In this document: one piece after another, positions 1 to 11,524 of the stretch
Numbering within the stretch: the first letter of the stretch is position 1
Layout of the letters: every line of letters starts with the position of its first letter
Source of the DNA: Acidobacteriota bacterium
GTDB taxonomy: Bacteria > Acidobacteriota > UBA890 > WLXD01
DNA: 64,000 nucleotides
Direction: 5' to 3'
NCBI GenBank assembly: GCA_965205505.1
Contig: CBDBHB010000009.1
Location: 1,376,001 to 1,440,000 of the forward strand
Translations under genes and position numbers: made by a program
The notes under the pieces: generated by a model
Told to the model about the DNA's origin: nothing
Database searches by the model: none
The model's input: the letters and a program-made list of their open reading frames with translations, nothing else

Positions 1-731
1 GCGCCGGACTTCGAGCTTCCGGACCGCCAGGGCACCCTCGTACGACTTTCGGACTTCCGTGGGAAGAAGGTGCTCTTGCTTACCTGGGCCTCGTGGTGAG
101 GTTGCTCCCGCGACCTGCCAGGTTGGCAGGAACTTTACGAGGAGCTCGGAAGTCGCAATTTCGAGATCGTCGCCGTGGCCCAGGACACCGGTGGCGAGGT
201 TGCCGCCGGCTCTTTCTATGACGCCGCGAACGCGACCTTCACGACCCTGATCGACACACGGCACACGGTCAGCGCCCTCTACGACATGCTGAACGTTCCG
301 ACGGCGGTACTGATCAACGAGCAAGGGGTCATCGTTCGGCAGGACGAGGGGGCGTACACTCGCTTGTACGAGTTTGGCGACCTGTCTTTTGGCACCGACG
401 ACTACCTCCCCGCGGTGCGGGACTGGGTGGAAAACGGTAGCGACAGCGTCTACGCGTTGGACACCGGGGAGGTCGCTGCCAGTTTCACGCCCCGAACCTC
501 CGCCCAGGCCCTTGCCGACGCCAACTTCCGCCTTGCTGCGCACCTGCACCTGGTAGGCGACGAGGATCTGGCGAACCGGTACTGGGAGAGAGCGCAGGAG
601 CTCAACCCCGATAGCTGGAACTACCATCGGCAGGATTGGTCGTTCACGCCGGAGCAGGCGGGAAGCAACTGGGTAGCGAAGTTCGAGCAGCTCGCGGACA
701 GGCCGTACTATCGGCCGATGAACTTGCCCGA

Positions 732-735
<4 letters not shown>
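1..735 (+). CDS. TlpA/redoxin-like thioredoxin-fold selenoprotein, 5'-partial, with a TPR-like C-terminus; Sec at TGA 97-99
   Basis: Frame 1 reads APDFELPDRQGTLVRLSDFRGKKVLLLTWASW-(TGA)-GCSRDLPGWQELYEEL... and continues in frame into ORF 175..735. The TGA falls at the WASWC catalytic position, and a hairpin follows at 114-130. Confidence 0.85.
114..130 (+). promoter_or_regulatory. bacterial SECIS-like hairpin
   Basis: CCTGCCA-GGT-TGGCAGG: perfect 7-bp stem with a G-containing apical loop 21 nt after the in-frame TGA. Confidence 0.7.
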
Positions 736-2366
<1,631 letters not shown>

Positions 2367-2532
2367 GGCGATCTAGCCCCAGCGTCTGACCCTGACCCTG
2401 GCCATGTCGGCGAGGAGGTGCGGGCAAAGTCGATCAGGTACCAGCGATGTCCAGGGGGGCGCGACTTGTCGACTGCCCGCAGCGGCAACAGGGCTCCAAT
2501 CTCGCTAGTGTGGTTGTTCACACCATTACTCG

Positions 2533-2784
2533 GTCGAACGACAGTCGGGCGGTAAGGTTCGTCTCGAGGTCGGCTCGCTGTATCGGGTCATCAAACGGTT
2601 GCTTACTAGCGGGCTCATCGACGCGGAAGGGATGGCGTCGGACGATGCCGATCCGCGGCGACGACGCCACTATCGGATCACCGATCTGGGCCGGGCCTGT
2701 GTGGCAGCCGAGGCGGATCGCTTGGCCGAGGTGGTCGCGGCTGCAAGGGGCCGGCCGCTGGCCGGCGGCGGGGGTCGCGCATGA
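2533..2784 (+). pseudogene. N-terminally truncated PadR-family regulator
   Basis: VERQSGGKVRLEVGSLYRVIKRLLTSGLI...RRRHYRITDLGR. No PadR N-terminus, and no permease follows the terminal ATGA. Confidence 0.7.
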
Positions 2785-2832
2785 AGGGTGAGAGTCGGTC
2801 GCTGCCGTTCCGCTGGTGCCGAGCGCGGAGCT

Positions 2833-4368
2833 CTACCAGGGCCTCGGAGCGATCCGCGGCAGCATCTCGTCGCGCATGGCGGCGTGATACACGAACGTTG
2901 CCAGGATCACCGAATTGGCCATGAGGTCTTCGGGAATGAGGCGATCGTAGACGTCCATGTTGGAGTGGTAGCGGCGGTCGTCGCGGCGATCCTGGCGGAA
3001 ATAGAAGCCCGGCAGTCCGACTTCTTGGTACGCCTCGTGTGCCATTCCGGTGGGGAACAGATGTCTCATCCCGAGGTTGTGCAGCGGCTTGATCCACTCG
3101 GTGAAGATCCCCCGGATGGTTTCGCTTCCGAGCACTGAGACGCCCTTGATTCGGGCAGCGCCGTTGTCGACGTTGAAGTATGCCGACAGCTTGTCGTAGT
3201 CGGGCTTGTACTCGCGATTCTCCAGATCGGCGAAGTTCTGTCGCACGTGAGACCGGTTGCCGAACAGGCCCATCTCGTGGCCGCCCCACAGTCCGATACG
3301 GATCGTCCGGCGAGGCTTGATCCCGAGCGCCTGAAAGATGCGCACCACCTCCATCGAGATGACCACGCCAGCGGCGTCGTCGGTGGCGCCGGTACCGATC
3401 GGCTCTGATTGCAGGTGGCCGCCCACCAGCACGAGCTCATCGGCCAAGTCGGTTCCCGGAATCTCGGCGACGACGTTGTAGTCGATCGGGTCATCGCCAG
3501 GAAAGTCCACCCTGACCTCGGCCTCCATCTCGACGGCAACGCCCATGTCGAGGATGCGCACCATGCGGTTGTAGTGTTCGGCGGCGAGAATCCACTCGGT
3601 AATCGGTGGTGGCGCGTTCATCTCCCACATGCGCCGCGTCATGGCGTAGCCATTCACCGCGCCGTCGACCGTGCCGTAGGCGTGGCTTCCGTCGGTGCGC
3701 GCCACTGCCGTAGCACCCGCCTCGAAGACCAGGTCGATACGTTGCTCCAGCGATAGCCCGTCGCCGCGTCGACGACGTTGGCGCGATTCGGCCGGGCCGA
3801 TCGGGATCCTGGCCATGTCGTCGAGCTCTGCTTGGCTGTAAGGAGTGATCGACGGCCCGTACTGGTCGCTGAGCTCGCGCAAGGGCTCAATCAGAACTAC
3901 CTTCCCCGCGATCTCTTGTCGGTACGGCTCCAGGTCGGCCGCCGACTCGATCTCGTCGAGGTTCACGTGGATGGCTTGCAGTCGGACCTTGCCGTTGGTG
4001 CCCGCCGACCAGGCTGCCGGATAGCCGATGATCGGCATGTACTGCGGCTCGACCATGTGGAACGAGGAGTACTGGTTTTCCCAGCCACGGCCGAACTCGA
4101 ACGGCTCCAGCCGGGCGTTGGAGAGCCCGTAGTCCTCGAGCCGCTGCCGTGACCACTCGGCCGCCGCCCGGTAGCCGCTCGACTTGGAGTTGCGCGGCCC
4201 GAACACATCGGTCAGCCAGCCAGCGTTCTCCATGACCTGGGAATTGTTGAAGGCCTCGTCGAGTATTTCGCCGACGACGTCCCAGCGGACCGGTTCCTGC
4301 GGGGTCACGAGGGCGGCGCCGAGCAATGGCAGCGAGCAAGCGATCGCCAGGAGTCGAGCAACTTTCAT
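2833..4368 (-). CDS. secreted M28-family metallopeptidase
   Basis: Signal peptide; NVVAEIPGTD, GGHL, GTGATDDAAG, RRTIRIGLWGGHEMGL and YHSNMD motifs. Confidence 0.8.
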   Translation of the reverse strand: MKVARLLAIACSLPLLGAALVTPQEPVRWDVVGEILDEAFNNSQVMENAGWLTDVFGPRNSKSSGYRAAAEWSRQRLEDYGLSNARLEPFEFGRGWENQYSSFHMVEPQYMPIIGYPAAWSAGTNGKVRLQAIHVNLDEIESAADLEPYRQEIAGKVVLIEPLRELSDQYGPSITPYSQAELDDMARIPIGPAESRQRRRRGDGLSLEQRIDLVFEAGATAVARTDGSHAYGTVDGAVNGYAMTRRMWEMNAPPPITEWILAAEHYNRMVRILDMGVAVEMEAEVRVDFPGDDPIDYNVVAEIPGTDLADELVLVGGHLQSEPIGTGATDDAAGVVISMEVVRIFQALGIKPRRTIRIGLWGGHEMGLFGNRSHVRQNFADLENREYKPDYDKLSAYFNVDNGAARIKGVSVLGSETIRGIFTEWIKPLHNLGMRHLFPTGMAHEAYQEVGLPGFYFRQDRRDDRRYHSNMDVYDRLIPEDLMANSVILATFVYHAAMRDEMLPRIAPRPW

Positions 4369-4651
4369 CTTGAGCCTCCAGATCTGGTAGGTGCCGCCGC
4401 GCTGGCAGCGCCGATCGACCGTAGCCGATGCACCCGAGCTGCCGCTACCAGACTATGGTGGAAGCGCGATGATTACTGAGCGGAAACTGCCATGGCGCCG
4501 TCCGGAGGGTGGTCCGTGCGTGAGCAGGAATCGCTGTGCCCGGTTCCGCGCAGGCGCGGATTTGGGCACAATCACGCCGCCGGCTCCGCCCACCCGGGCA
4601 AAACGGACGACATCACTGCCCCGAGCGGGGGCAAGAGGGAGGCACCTACGT

Positions 4652-5257
4652 ATGTCGATACGAGAAACTCGTCGAAGGTTCCTGCGCAGCCAGTGTCTAG
4701 CCACCGCTGGCGGCGCGCTTCTTGCGCTGACATCGGGCGAGGCTGCCGTCGCCGAGGCATCGGAGGCGGCCGCGGTCGGGTTGTCGCAGGGTGTGAGCCC
4801 CGAGCAGAGATTGCGGGAGCTCGGCATCGAGTTGCCACCGCCGCCACGTCCGGTCGCGGTCTATGTGCCGGCGGTGCGCACCGGCAACATCTTGTTCACC
4901 GCAGGTCATACGCCACGCTATCCCGATGGATCGCCTATGCCGGGAAAGATCGGTGCCGACATGACGGTGGAGCAGGGATATGCGGCCGCGCGAGTCGCCG
5001 GGCTCAACCTGCTGAGCACCGTGCGCGACACCTTGGGCAGCCTCGATGAGGTAGTGAGGCTGGTGAAAGTGCTCGGCATGGTCAATTGCACGCCTGACTT
5101 CGGCCAGCAGCCGCAGGTAATCAACGGCTTCAGCGAGCTGCTCGTCGAAGTGTTCGGCGAGGAGAGAGGAAAGGGCGGGCGTAGCGCCGTCGGCATGGCG
5201 TCGTTGCCGGCGAACATGCCGGTTGAGCTGGAGGCCATCTTCGAGGTGCGCGGCTGA
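4652..5257 (+). CDS. RidA/YjgF-family protein with a twin-arginine signal
   Basis: GGAGG RBS before ATG 4652; TRRRFL Tat motif; YVPAVRTGN, VINGFSELLVEVFG, RSAVGMASLP...VELE. Confidence 0.82.
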   Translation: MSIRETRRRFLRSQCLATAGGALLALTSGEAAVAEASEAAAVGLSQGVSPEQRLRELGIELPPPPRPVAVYVPAVRTGNILFTAGHTPRYPDGSPMPGKIGADMTVEQGYAAARVAGLNLLSTVRDTLGSLDEVVRLVKVLGMVNCTPDFGQQPQVINGFSELLVEVFGEERGKGGRSAVGMASLPANMPVELEAIFEVRG

Positions 5258-5466
5258 CGGCGATCGACTCGCAGGCAGTTGGGCAGACGGTGAAGGCGCT
5301 TCGCAAGGACGTGGACCGGATTGGCAACCCGAAGCGCCGGCTGGCAGACTGCGTCGACAAACAGCGAGCCGATCAAACAGCTGATTTCCTCTTCGCCGAG
5401 CCATACAGAAAATGCTGAGAAGTGTGTTCGGGCTCGTTGGGCGCCGGGGTTTCGGGAGAGGCAGTG

Positions 5467-8262
5467 ATGAAGTCGTTCAAGCGGATCGCTCTGAGTTTTG
5501 TGCTGCTGGCCACCATGGTCGCTTCCGGCGCTCGAGGGCAGTCAGGCTCAGGCAATGTTCTCGACTGGGTGCACTACCGAGAAATCGGCCCGACGCGGCC
5601 GGGCGGTCGAGTGGTTGCGTTCGCCGTATCGCAGCAGAATTCGTACGTGTTCTACGTTGGCGCCGGCCCCGGAGGACTGTGGAAGACGGTTAACAACGGG
5701 ACGACGTTCGATTCGATATTCGACGATGAGCAGACATCGTCGATCGGCGACGTTGTCGTTGCCCCGTCCGACGACAACATCGTTTACGTCGGCACCGGGG
5801 AGGGAAACCTCAGAAACAGCGCGTACCACGGGGACGGCGTCTATCGGTCGGACGACGGGGGTGCGACATGGCTGAACGTCGGCCTGCAGGAGTCGGGACA
5901 GATCGGCAGGCTGGCCGTTCATCCCACCAATCCCGACATCGTCTATGTGGCGGCACAGGGACGCTACTACGCGGATAGTCCACAGCGCGGCGTGTACATG
6001 AGTACGAACGGCGGCCAGACATGGACCAAGTCTCTTGGAGTGGCCGTCGACGGTGTGGCGATCGGTGCAACGGACATCGTCATGGACCCCCGCGACCCCG
6101 ACGTTCTGTATGCGGCCACGTACCAGCGGATTCGCAGGCCGTGGGGGTTCTCGGGCTCCGGCCCCGGCAGCGGCATTCACAAGACAACCGATGGCGGCGC
6201 CACATGGACGAAGCTATCGAATGGTCTTCCCAGCGGATTGATCGGCAAGATCGGTCTCTCGATGTATGCGCGGAATCCGGCGATTCTCTATGCGGTCATC
6301 GAGAACGACAATTCCGCCGGCGTTTCCTACGAAGATCGTTGGCGTGAGGTTCAGGCTGGCCAGCCGGCGGCCGTGGAGCCGGTGGGTAATGTCGTCTACC
6401 GAACCGATGACGGCGGCGATTCGTGGCGCCAGACCACCGAAGATGCGGTCGGCGAGCGCAACAATTACTACGGTCAGATTGTTGTCGATCCCAACGACGA
6501 GAACACCGTCTACGTGATGGCGTCGATGGTCCACAAATCGACCGACGGCGGCCGAAGCTGGTCGCGTGCCTTCGAGTACGGCGGCGACAATCACGTTCTT
6601 TGGATCGATGCGGAAAACAGCCAGCATATGTTGTTGGGATACGACTATGGCTTCGCGACGAGCTTCGATTCGGGGGCGAACTGGCTGCATATCGACAACG
6701 TGTCGATGGCGCAGATCTACGCCATCGGAGTCGATATGGAGTATCCATACAACGTCTACGCTGGCCTGCAGGATTTCGGCTCCTGGAAGGGCCCGAGCGC
6801 CAAGAAGGGCAGGTTTCCGATCCGCTTCGAGGATTGGGAACACGTGCAAGGCGGCGACGGTTTCTACAACCAGGTCGACCCGACGAACGGTCGCTGGCTC
6901 TATACCGAATCACAGTTCGGTGGCCTCTCGCGCAACGACCAGAAGACTGGCGTGCGACGCAGGATCCGTTACCGCGACAACCGGGACCTCCGCTTTAACT
7001 GGAATGCGCCGCTGCTGATCTCGCCGCACGACCCGGACGTGATCTACCACGGGGCCAACATCCTTCTGAAGTCGCCGTTTCGCGGTGAGCGGTGGGAGGA
7101 GGTCAGCCCCGACCTCACCAAGCACGATGCGTCGAAGTTCGGCGGTCGTGAGGTCAGCCAGTACGGCACGTTGACAACGATCGACGAATCACCGGTCGAA
7201 CAGGGTCTGCTGTGGGCCGGATCGGATGACGGCAACGTGCAGGTAAGCCGTGACGGCGGCGAGAACTGGACGCTCCTCAACGACAGTATTCCCGACAACC
7301 CCGAATACTGGGTGTCGAGAGTCATCGCGTCGCACCACGCCCCGGGCACCGCCTACGTGACGTTCACGGGCCGCCACATGGTCGACTACGCACCGTTTGT
7401 CTACAAGACGACCGACTACGGGGACACCTGGACATCCATAGCGAGCAACTTGCCTGACGAGAGCATCAACGTGATCCGCGAAGATCACAAGAACCCCAAC
7501 CTGCTCTTCGTGGGAACCGACCGAACCGTGCACGTGACGCTCGACGGCGGGCGGCACTGGAATGAGCTCAAGAACAACCTCCCGGCAATTCCGGTGCACG
7601 ATCTGGTCATCCATCCGCGCGAGAACGATCTCGTGGTCGGGACGTTCGGCCGCGGCCTCTATATCGCCGACATCTCACCGCTCCAGGAGCTGACCCAAGA
7701 GGTCATCGACAGCGATGTCCATTTGTTCCAGATCGAGACGAAGGTCCAGTGGGTCATGCCACGGCAGACCGCGGTCGCCGATCAGAACTTCGAAGGCGAG
7801 AACGAGCCGCAAGGGGTGATGCTCAATTACTATCTCAAGAGCGCCATTCCGAAGGGCGTGACGCTGTCGGTCTACAACGGGGCGATTCTGATCAACGAGC
7901 TCGAGGGTCCGGGGAACGCGGGACTCAACAGCGTCATGTGGGGAATGACGCGGCGGGGCGACAAGAAATCGCCGGAGGCGGTGGCCCGCTGGGATGAAGA
8001 GATGAGAACCGGCGAGGCGGAGCCTTTCTACGACTACTACGACACCAACGAGTTCTTCGGAGCCCCCGACGAGGAGGTCGGCCGAACCGGACTCTCGCTG
8101 AGGACGAGAGTGCAGGGGCGGCCGGGAATGCGTGGACGAGATTACGTGCTACACCGGGTTCAGCCCGGACAATACCGGATACAGCTGCAGGCGGGTGGAG
8201 CGGTCCTCACGCAGACGTCGCGCATCCTTCAGGACTTCTGGTACGACAAGACGTTCCAATAG
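5467..8262 (+). CDS. secreted BNR/Asp-box (VPS10-like) beta-propeller glycosyl hydrolase-like protein
   Basis: Signal peptide, REIGP..PGGRV start, repeated SxDGGxTW Asp-boxes, HDLVIHPRENDLVVGTFGRG. Confidence 0.85.
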   Translation: MKSFKRIALSFVLLATMVASGARGQSGSGNVLDWVHYREIGPTRPGGRVVAFAVSQQNSYVFYVGAGPGGLWKTVNNGTTFDSIFDDEQTSSIGDVVVAPSDDNIVYVGTGEGNLRNSAYHGDGVYRSDDGGATWLNVGLQESGQIGRLAVHPTNPDIVYVAAQGRYYADSPQRGVYMSTNGGQTWTKSLGVAVDGVAIGATDIVMDPRDPDVLYAATYQRIRRPWGFSGSGPGSGIHKTTDGGATWTKLSNGLPSGLIGKIGLSMYARNPAILYAVIENDNSAGVSYEDRWREVQAGQPAAVEPVGNVVYRTDDGGDSWRQTTEDAVGERNNYYGQIVVDPNDENTVYVMASMVHKSTDGGRSWSRAFEYGGDNHVLWIDAENSQHMLLGYDYGFATSFDSGANWLHIDNVSMAQIYAIGVDMEYPYNVYAGLQDFGSWKGPSAKKGRFPIRFEDWEHVQGGDGFYNQVDPTNGRWLYTESQFGGLSRNDQKTGVRRRIRYRDNRDLRFNWNAPLLISPHDPDVIYHGANILLKSPFRGERWEEVSPDLTKHDASKFGGREVSQYGTLTTIDESPVEQGLLWAGSDDGNVQVSRDGGENWTLLNDSIPDNPEYWVSRVIASHHAPGTAYVTFTGRHMVDYAPFVYKTTDYGDTWTSIASNLPDESINVIREDHKNPNLLFVGTDRTVHVTLDGGRHWNELKNNLPAIPVHDLVIHPRENDLVVGTFGRGLYIADISPLQELTQEVIDSDVHLFQIETKVQWVMPRQTAVADQNFEGENEPQGVMLNYYLKSAIPKGVTLSVYNGAILINELEGPGNAGLNSVMWGMTRRGDKKSPEAVARWDEEMRTGEAEPFYDYYDTNEFFGAPDEEVGRTGLSLRTRVQGRPGMRGRDYVLHRVQPGQYRIQLQAGGAVLTQTSRILQDFWYDKTFQ

Positions 8263-8267
8263 GCCGG

Positions 8268-10163
8268 CTAGTCCTCCCGACTCGGAATTACCGGGAGGAC
8301 GAGGTGAGACGGGTATTGCTGGGAATGATGGATCGTATTCTCGGCGACGACCCATTCCGTCTCATCGTAGTTGTTGCCGCCGGTGTTCAGATTGCGCTCG
8401 TAGGCCGGGAAGTCACTGCTCGACACCTGTAGTCGAATCCTGTGCCCGGGTGCGAAGTAGTTGCTCGTGGCATCCAGGTCGACCTGAATCTGGTACACGC
8501 CGCCTTCTTCCATCCAGACCTTCTTGGTGAATCCCTCGCGGTAGCGGGCGCGCAGAATTCCACCTTGAATGTTGTAGGCCGTGCCATCGGGGTACACGTC
8601 CACGAGCTTGGCGGTGAAGTCCGTATCCTTCGCCGAAGACGACACGTAGAACACGGCGGTAATCGGGCCGGTTACCTCGATACCGTGTTCCAGCGGTGGT
8701 GTGGTGTAGACGAGGACGTCGTTGCGAATTTCGACGCTCCCTTGATCGATCGCACCGGAGGACGTCCCCCAGGAGGTCCCGCGTGGACCACCCGTGGACG
8801 GTACCGGATGGGCGGGGTCATAGACGAAGGTGTCGGCTGGCTCGTCGCCGGGGGCTACGGCGGAAAGCCGCCCTTGCCCGTAGCGGCTGTTCGCATCGCC
8901 ACCGCTATGCAGGAAGTACTTGGTGTACTCGGTCTCGCTCAGCGGCCATCGGTCGGCCGAACGCCACTCGTTGCTTCCCATCGTGTAGTACTGGACCTTC
9001 GGCATGTCCGTGACGCCGGTTTGTTCCCCCTTGAGCCAGTAGTCGAACCACTTGATATAGATCGAGTAGTAGTCGAGCCGCGCGTCGCCGATATCCCGAT
9101 CGCCGACCACGGTGTGTTCGGTCGCGCGGTCGTAGCTGCAATGGGTCGTTGGGGCGATGATCAGGAACTGATTGTCGGCGGCGGTCTCCGTAACGGCTCG
9201 CTCGCGGAAATAGTTGAACTCGTAGATCGTCTCGTCGACGCTGATGTCGTACCAGGAGCTCACGTGTAGAGCCGGGACAGCGATGGTCTCGGTGCCGTCG
9301 TAGTAGCCCATCGTGTCGTGCCACCAGGGGTCGCCGAAATCCCGCGTCGCCAGGTCGAGAAAGTCGTTCGGGGGTGCCCCCGCCTTGTTCATGATGTCGA
9401 CCAGGGGCAACGTCCAGACGAGCTCCTCCCAATCCGGCTCCGGTGCCGCGCTTGCCTCGGGATGGTAGAACTCGCGGATCCTGGCAATCTCCTCGTCCGA
9501 GAGCCCCGGGGGTGGCTTGAAGGAATACTTGTTACCGCTGCTGAAGTACCACGGTAGGGTGGCGGCGAAGTCGAGAACTCCGCCCTTGAAGCCCGACCAG
9601 TATCGATACCGGCCGTTCGCGGCGCCGATGAACGGCCCGTTTCGGGGGATCATCGTGGTCAGGTTAGGGTGCTTCAGCGGCGCCGTGGCTGCCTGCACCT
9701 CGGCCGGATACGAACAGCCGTGCATCCCGACTTTGCCATTGGACCAAGGTTGTTTGGCAATCCAGTCAACGGCGTCGTAGCCATCCTCGGCCTCGCTCCC
9801 CGCCGGCGGCGAGTAGATTCCCTCGGATTCGAACTTCCCGCGGCTGTCCTGCACAGCCACCACGAAGCCTCTTGACGCGAACATGTAGGCATCGCCGTCT
9901 TTGTCGTCTCTGAATTCGTTCTTGTTGTAGGGAGTCCGGATGAGAACGACGGGCAGCGTCTCGTCGGGAACCTTCGGAAAGTACAGGTCGGTGGCGAGTC
10001 GCACCCCGTCCCGCATCGGAACCATGCGGCCTTTTTCCAATCGCACCTCGTTTTGTGGTGCCGGCCTGCTGATGGGTCCCGACGAATCTTGCGACCGCGC
10101 TTCGTACTCGGCGGCAACGATGAGGAACGGAAACAGTGCTAGCAGCAGCCACGTCCTACGCAC
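8268..10163 (-). CDS. CocE/NonD family hydrolase
   Basis: VPMRDGVRLATDLY, RTPY, QDSRG, GCSY nucleophile region, C-terminal GHRIRLQVSSSDFP. Confidence 0.9.
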   Translation of the reverse strand: MRRTWLLLALFPFLIVAAEYEARSQDSSGPISRPAPQNEVRLEKGRMVPMRDGVRLATDLYFPKVPDETLPVVLIRTPYNKNEFRDDKDGDAYMFASRGFVVAVQDSRGKFESEGIYSPPAGSEAEDGYDAVDWIAKQPWSNGKVGMHGCSYPAEVQAATAPLKHPNLTTMIPRNGPFIGAANGRYRYWSGFKGGVLDFAATLPWYFSSGNKYSFKPPPGLSDEEIARIREFYHPEASAAPEPDWEELVWTLPLVDIMNKAGAPPNDFLDLATRDFGDPWWHDTMGYYDGTETIAVPALHVSSWYDISVDETIYEFNYFRERAVTETAADNQFLIIAPTTHCSYDRATEHTVVGDRDIGDARLDYYSIYIKWFDYWLKGEQTGVTDMPKVQYYTMGSNEWRSADRWPLSETEYTKYFLHSGGDANSRYGQGRLSAVAPGDEPADTFVYDPAHPVPSTGGPRGTSWGTSSGAIDQGSVEIRNDVLVYTTPPLEHGIEVTGPITAVFYVSSSAKDTDFTAKLVDVYPDGTAYNIQGGILRARYREGFTKKVWMEEGGVYQIQVDLDATSNYFAPGHRIRLQVSSSDFPAYERNLNTGGNNYDETEWVVAENTIHHSQQYPSHLVLPVIPSRED

Positions 10164-10324
10164 GATGTGCCTCCCTTGGCGGTCAACTTCGCACCGCGAC
10201 TCGCGGAGAGGTTGGAATCTATCTCTGGTCCGGGTGGAGTGACAACGGGGGTTCCGGAGATTGTTCGAAAGATCACCTAGAATCCGTGCCGACTACGATC
10301 CAGCCTGTGACCCAGGAGTTGAAC

Positions 10325-11209
10325 ATGCGACGTACATATCGGATCGGAGCATTGGCCCTTGCCCTTGCCGTGATCTCGGCGCTCCTCACCATGGCCGCGG
10401 CAGTGCCGGCGCTCCAGGGTGATTGGGAGACCACCGAGGTGGCCGACGGTGTTTATCAGTTCCGTTACGGAGGGCACTACAATCTCTTCGTCGTCACGCA
10501 AGATGGCGTGATTGCGTTCGATCCGCTGTCGGTCGAGGCTGCCGAGATCTACGCTCGGGAGATTCAGCGGGTGGCGCCCGGAGCGAAGCTGTTGGCGATC
10601 GTCTACAGCCACAGCCACGATGATCACGCAACCGGCGCGATGGTCTTGCAATCTGCTTTCGGCGAGGTGCCGATCATCGCGCACGCCAACGCCGTCGAGC
10701 CGATCCGGGCGGCGGCAGACCCTGCTCTGCCGCTCCCGACGATCACGTTTACCGATCGCATGACGCTTCACCACGGTGGGCGGACTCTCGACCTCTACTA
10801 CTTGGGTAAGAGCCACACAGACAACATGCTCGTGGCGCTCCTTAGGGAGGATAGGATTGCCTTTGCTGTCGACATCGTAACCAACGGCACCACGCCCTAC
10901 CGGGACCTGTACGCGCACGAGTTTCCCGACTTCTTCGATACCCTGCAGCGTGTGCAGGAGCTGAGCTACGAAACGATGCTGTTCGGACACGATCTGCCGG
11001 GCGACCGCCAGTCGATCGATGGCCAGATCGTTTACTATGACGCGCTACGCGACGTGGTGCGGCAAGCGATCGAGGCCGGAAAGTCGGAGGACGAAGCCGC
11101 AGCGACCGTGCGGCTACTCCAATACGAGAGTTGGGGCCGTTACGAGGAATACTTTCCATTGAACGTGCGCGGCATGTATCGGTGGCTCGCTTCGCAACCG
11201 CCGCGCTGA
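10325..11209 (+). CDS. secreted MBL-fold metallo-hydrolase
   Basis: YSHSHDDHATG metal motif; signal peptide; AGGAG RBS. Confidence 0.82.
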   Translation: MRRTYRIGALALALAVISALLTMAAAVPALQGDWETTEVADGVYQFRYGGHYNLFVVTQDGVIAFDPLSVEAAEIYAREIQRVAPGAKLLAIVYSHSHDDHATGAMVLQSAFGEVPIIAHANAVEPIRAAADPALPLPTITFTDRMTLHHGGRTLDLYYLGKSHTDNMLVALLREDRIAFAVDIVTNGTTPYRDLYAHEFPDFFDTLQRVQELSYETMLFGHDLPGDRQSIDGQIVYYDALRDVVRQAIEAGKSEDEAAATVRLLQYESWGRYEEYFPLNVRGMYRWLASQPPR

Positions 11210-11232
11210 GCCTCACTGGTGGAAGCGGGCCG

Positions 11233-11508
11233 CTAGCAGGCCGTGGTGAAAGTGTGGTGGGTCTGACAGGGTCTTGCGAATTGGAGGCAAGGAGAGAGGA
11301 GGAGGCGATGGTTACCCCATCGTTGACGAGGAACGACGCAGCAAACGCGCGCAACCCCCTGTCGCCCGAAGGGGTATGGCGATTTGGGGCCATTTGCGGC
11401 GTTGGCCTTCCTCGACGATGGCTAGGGCATCGCCAGTGTCAGGCCGCCTTGCATCTGGCCCCAACTCGCCGTAACCAGACCCACCACACTTTCACCACGG
11501 CGTGCTAG
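11233..11508. mobile_element. 276-bp MITE-like element with 33-bp terminal inverted repeats (terminal CTAG included)
   Basis: CTAGCAGGCCGTGGTGAAAGTGTGGTGGGTCTG (11233-11265) matches the reverse complement of 11476-11508 with one mismatch. No transposase inside. Confidence 0.75.
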
Positions 11509-11524
11509 CTGAAGGAGAAGCCTC

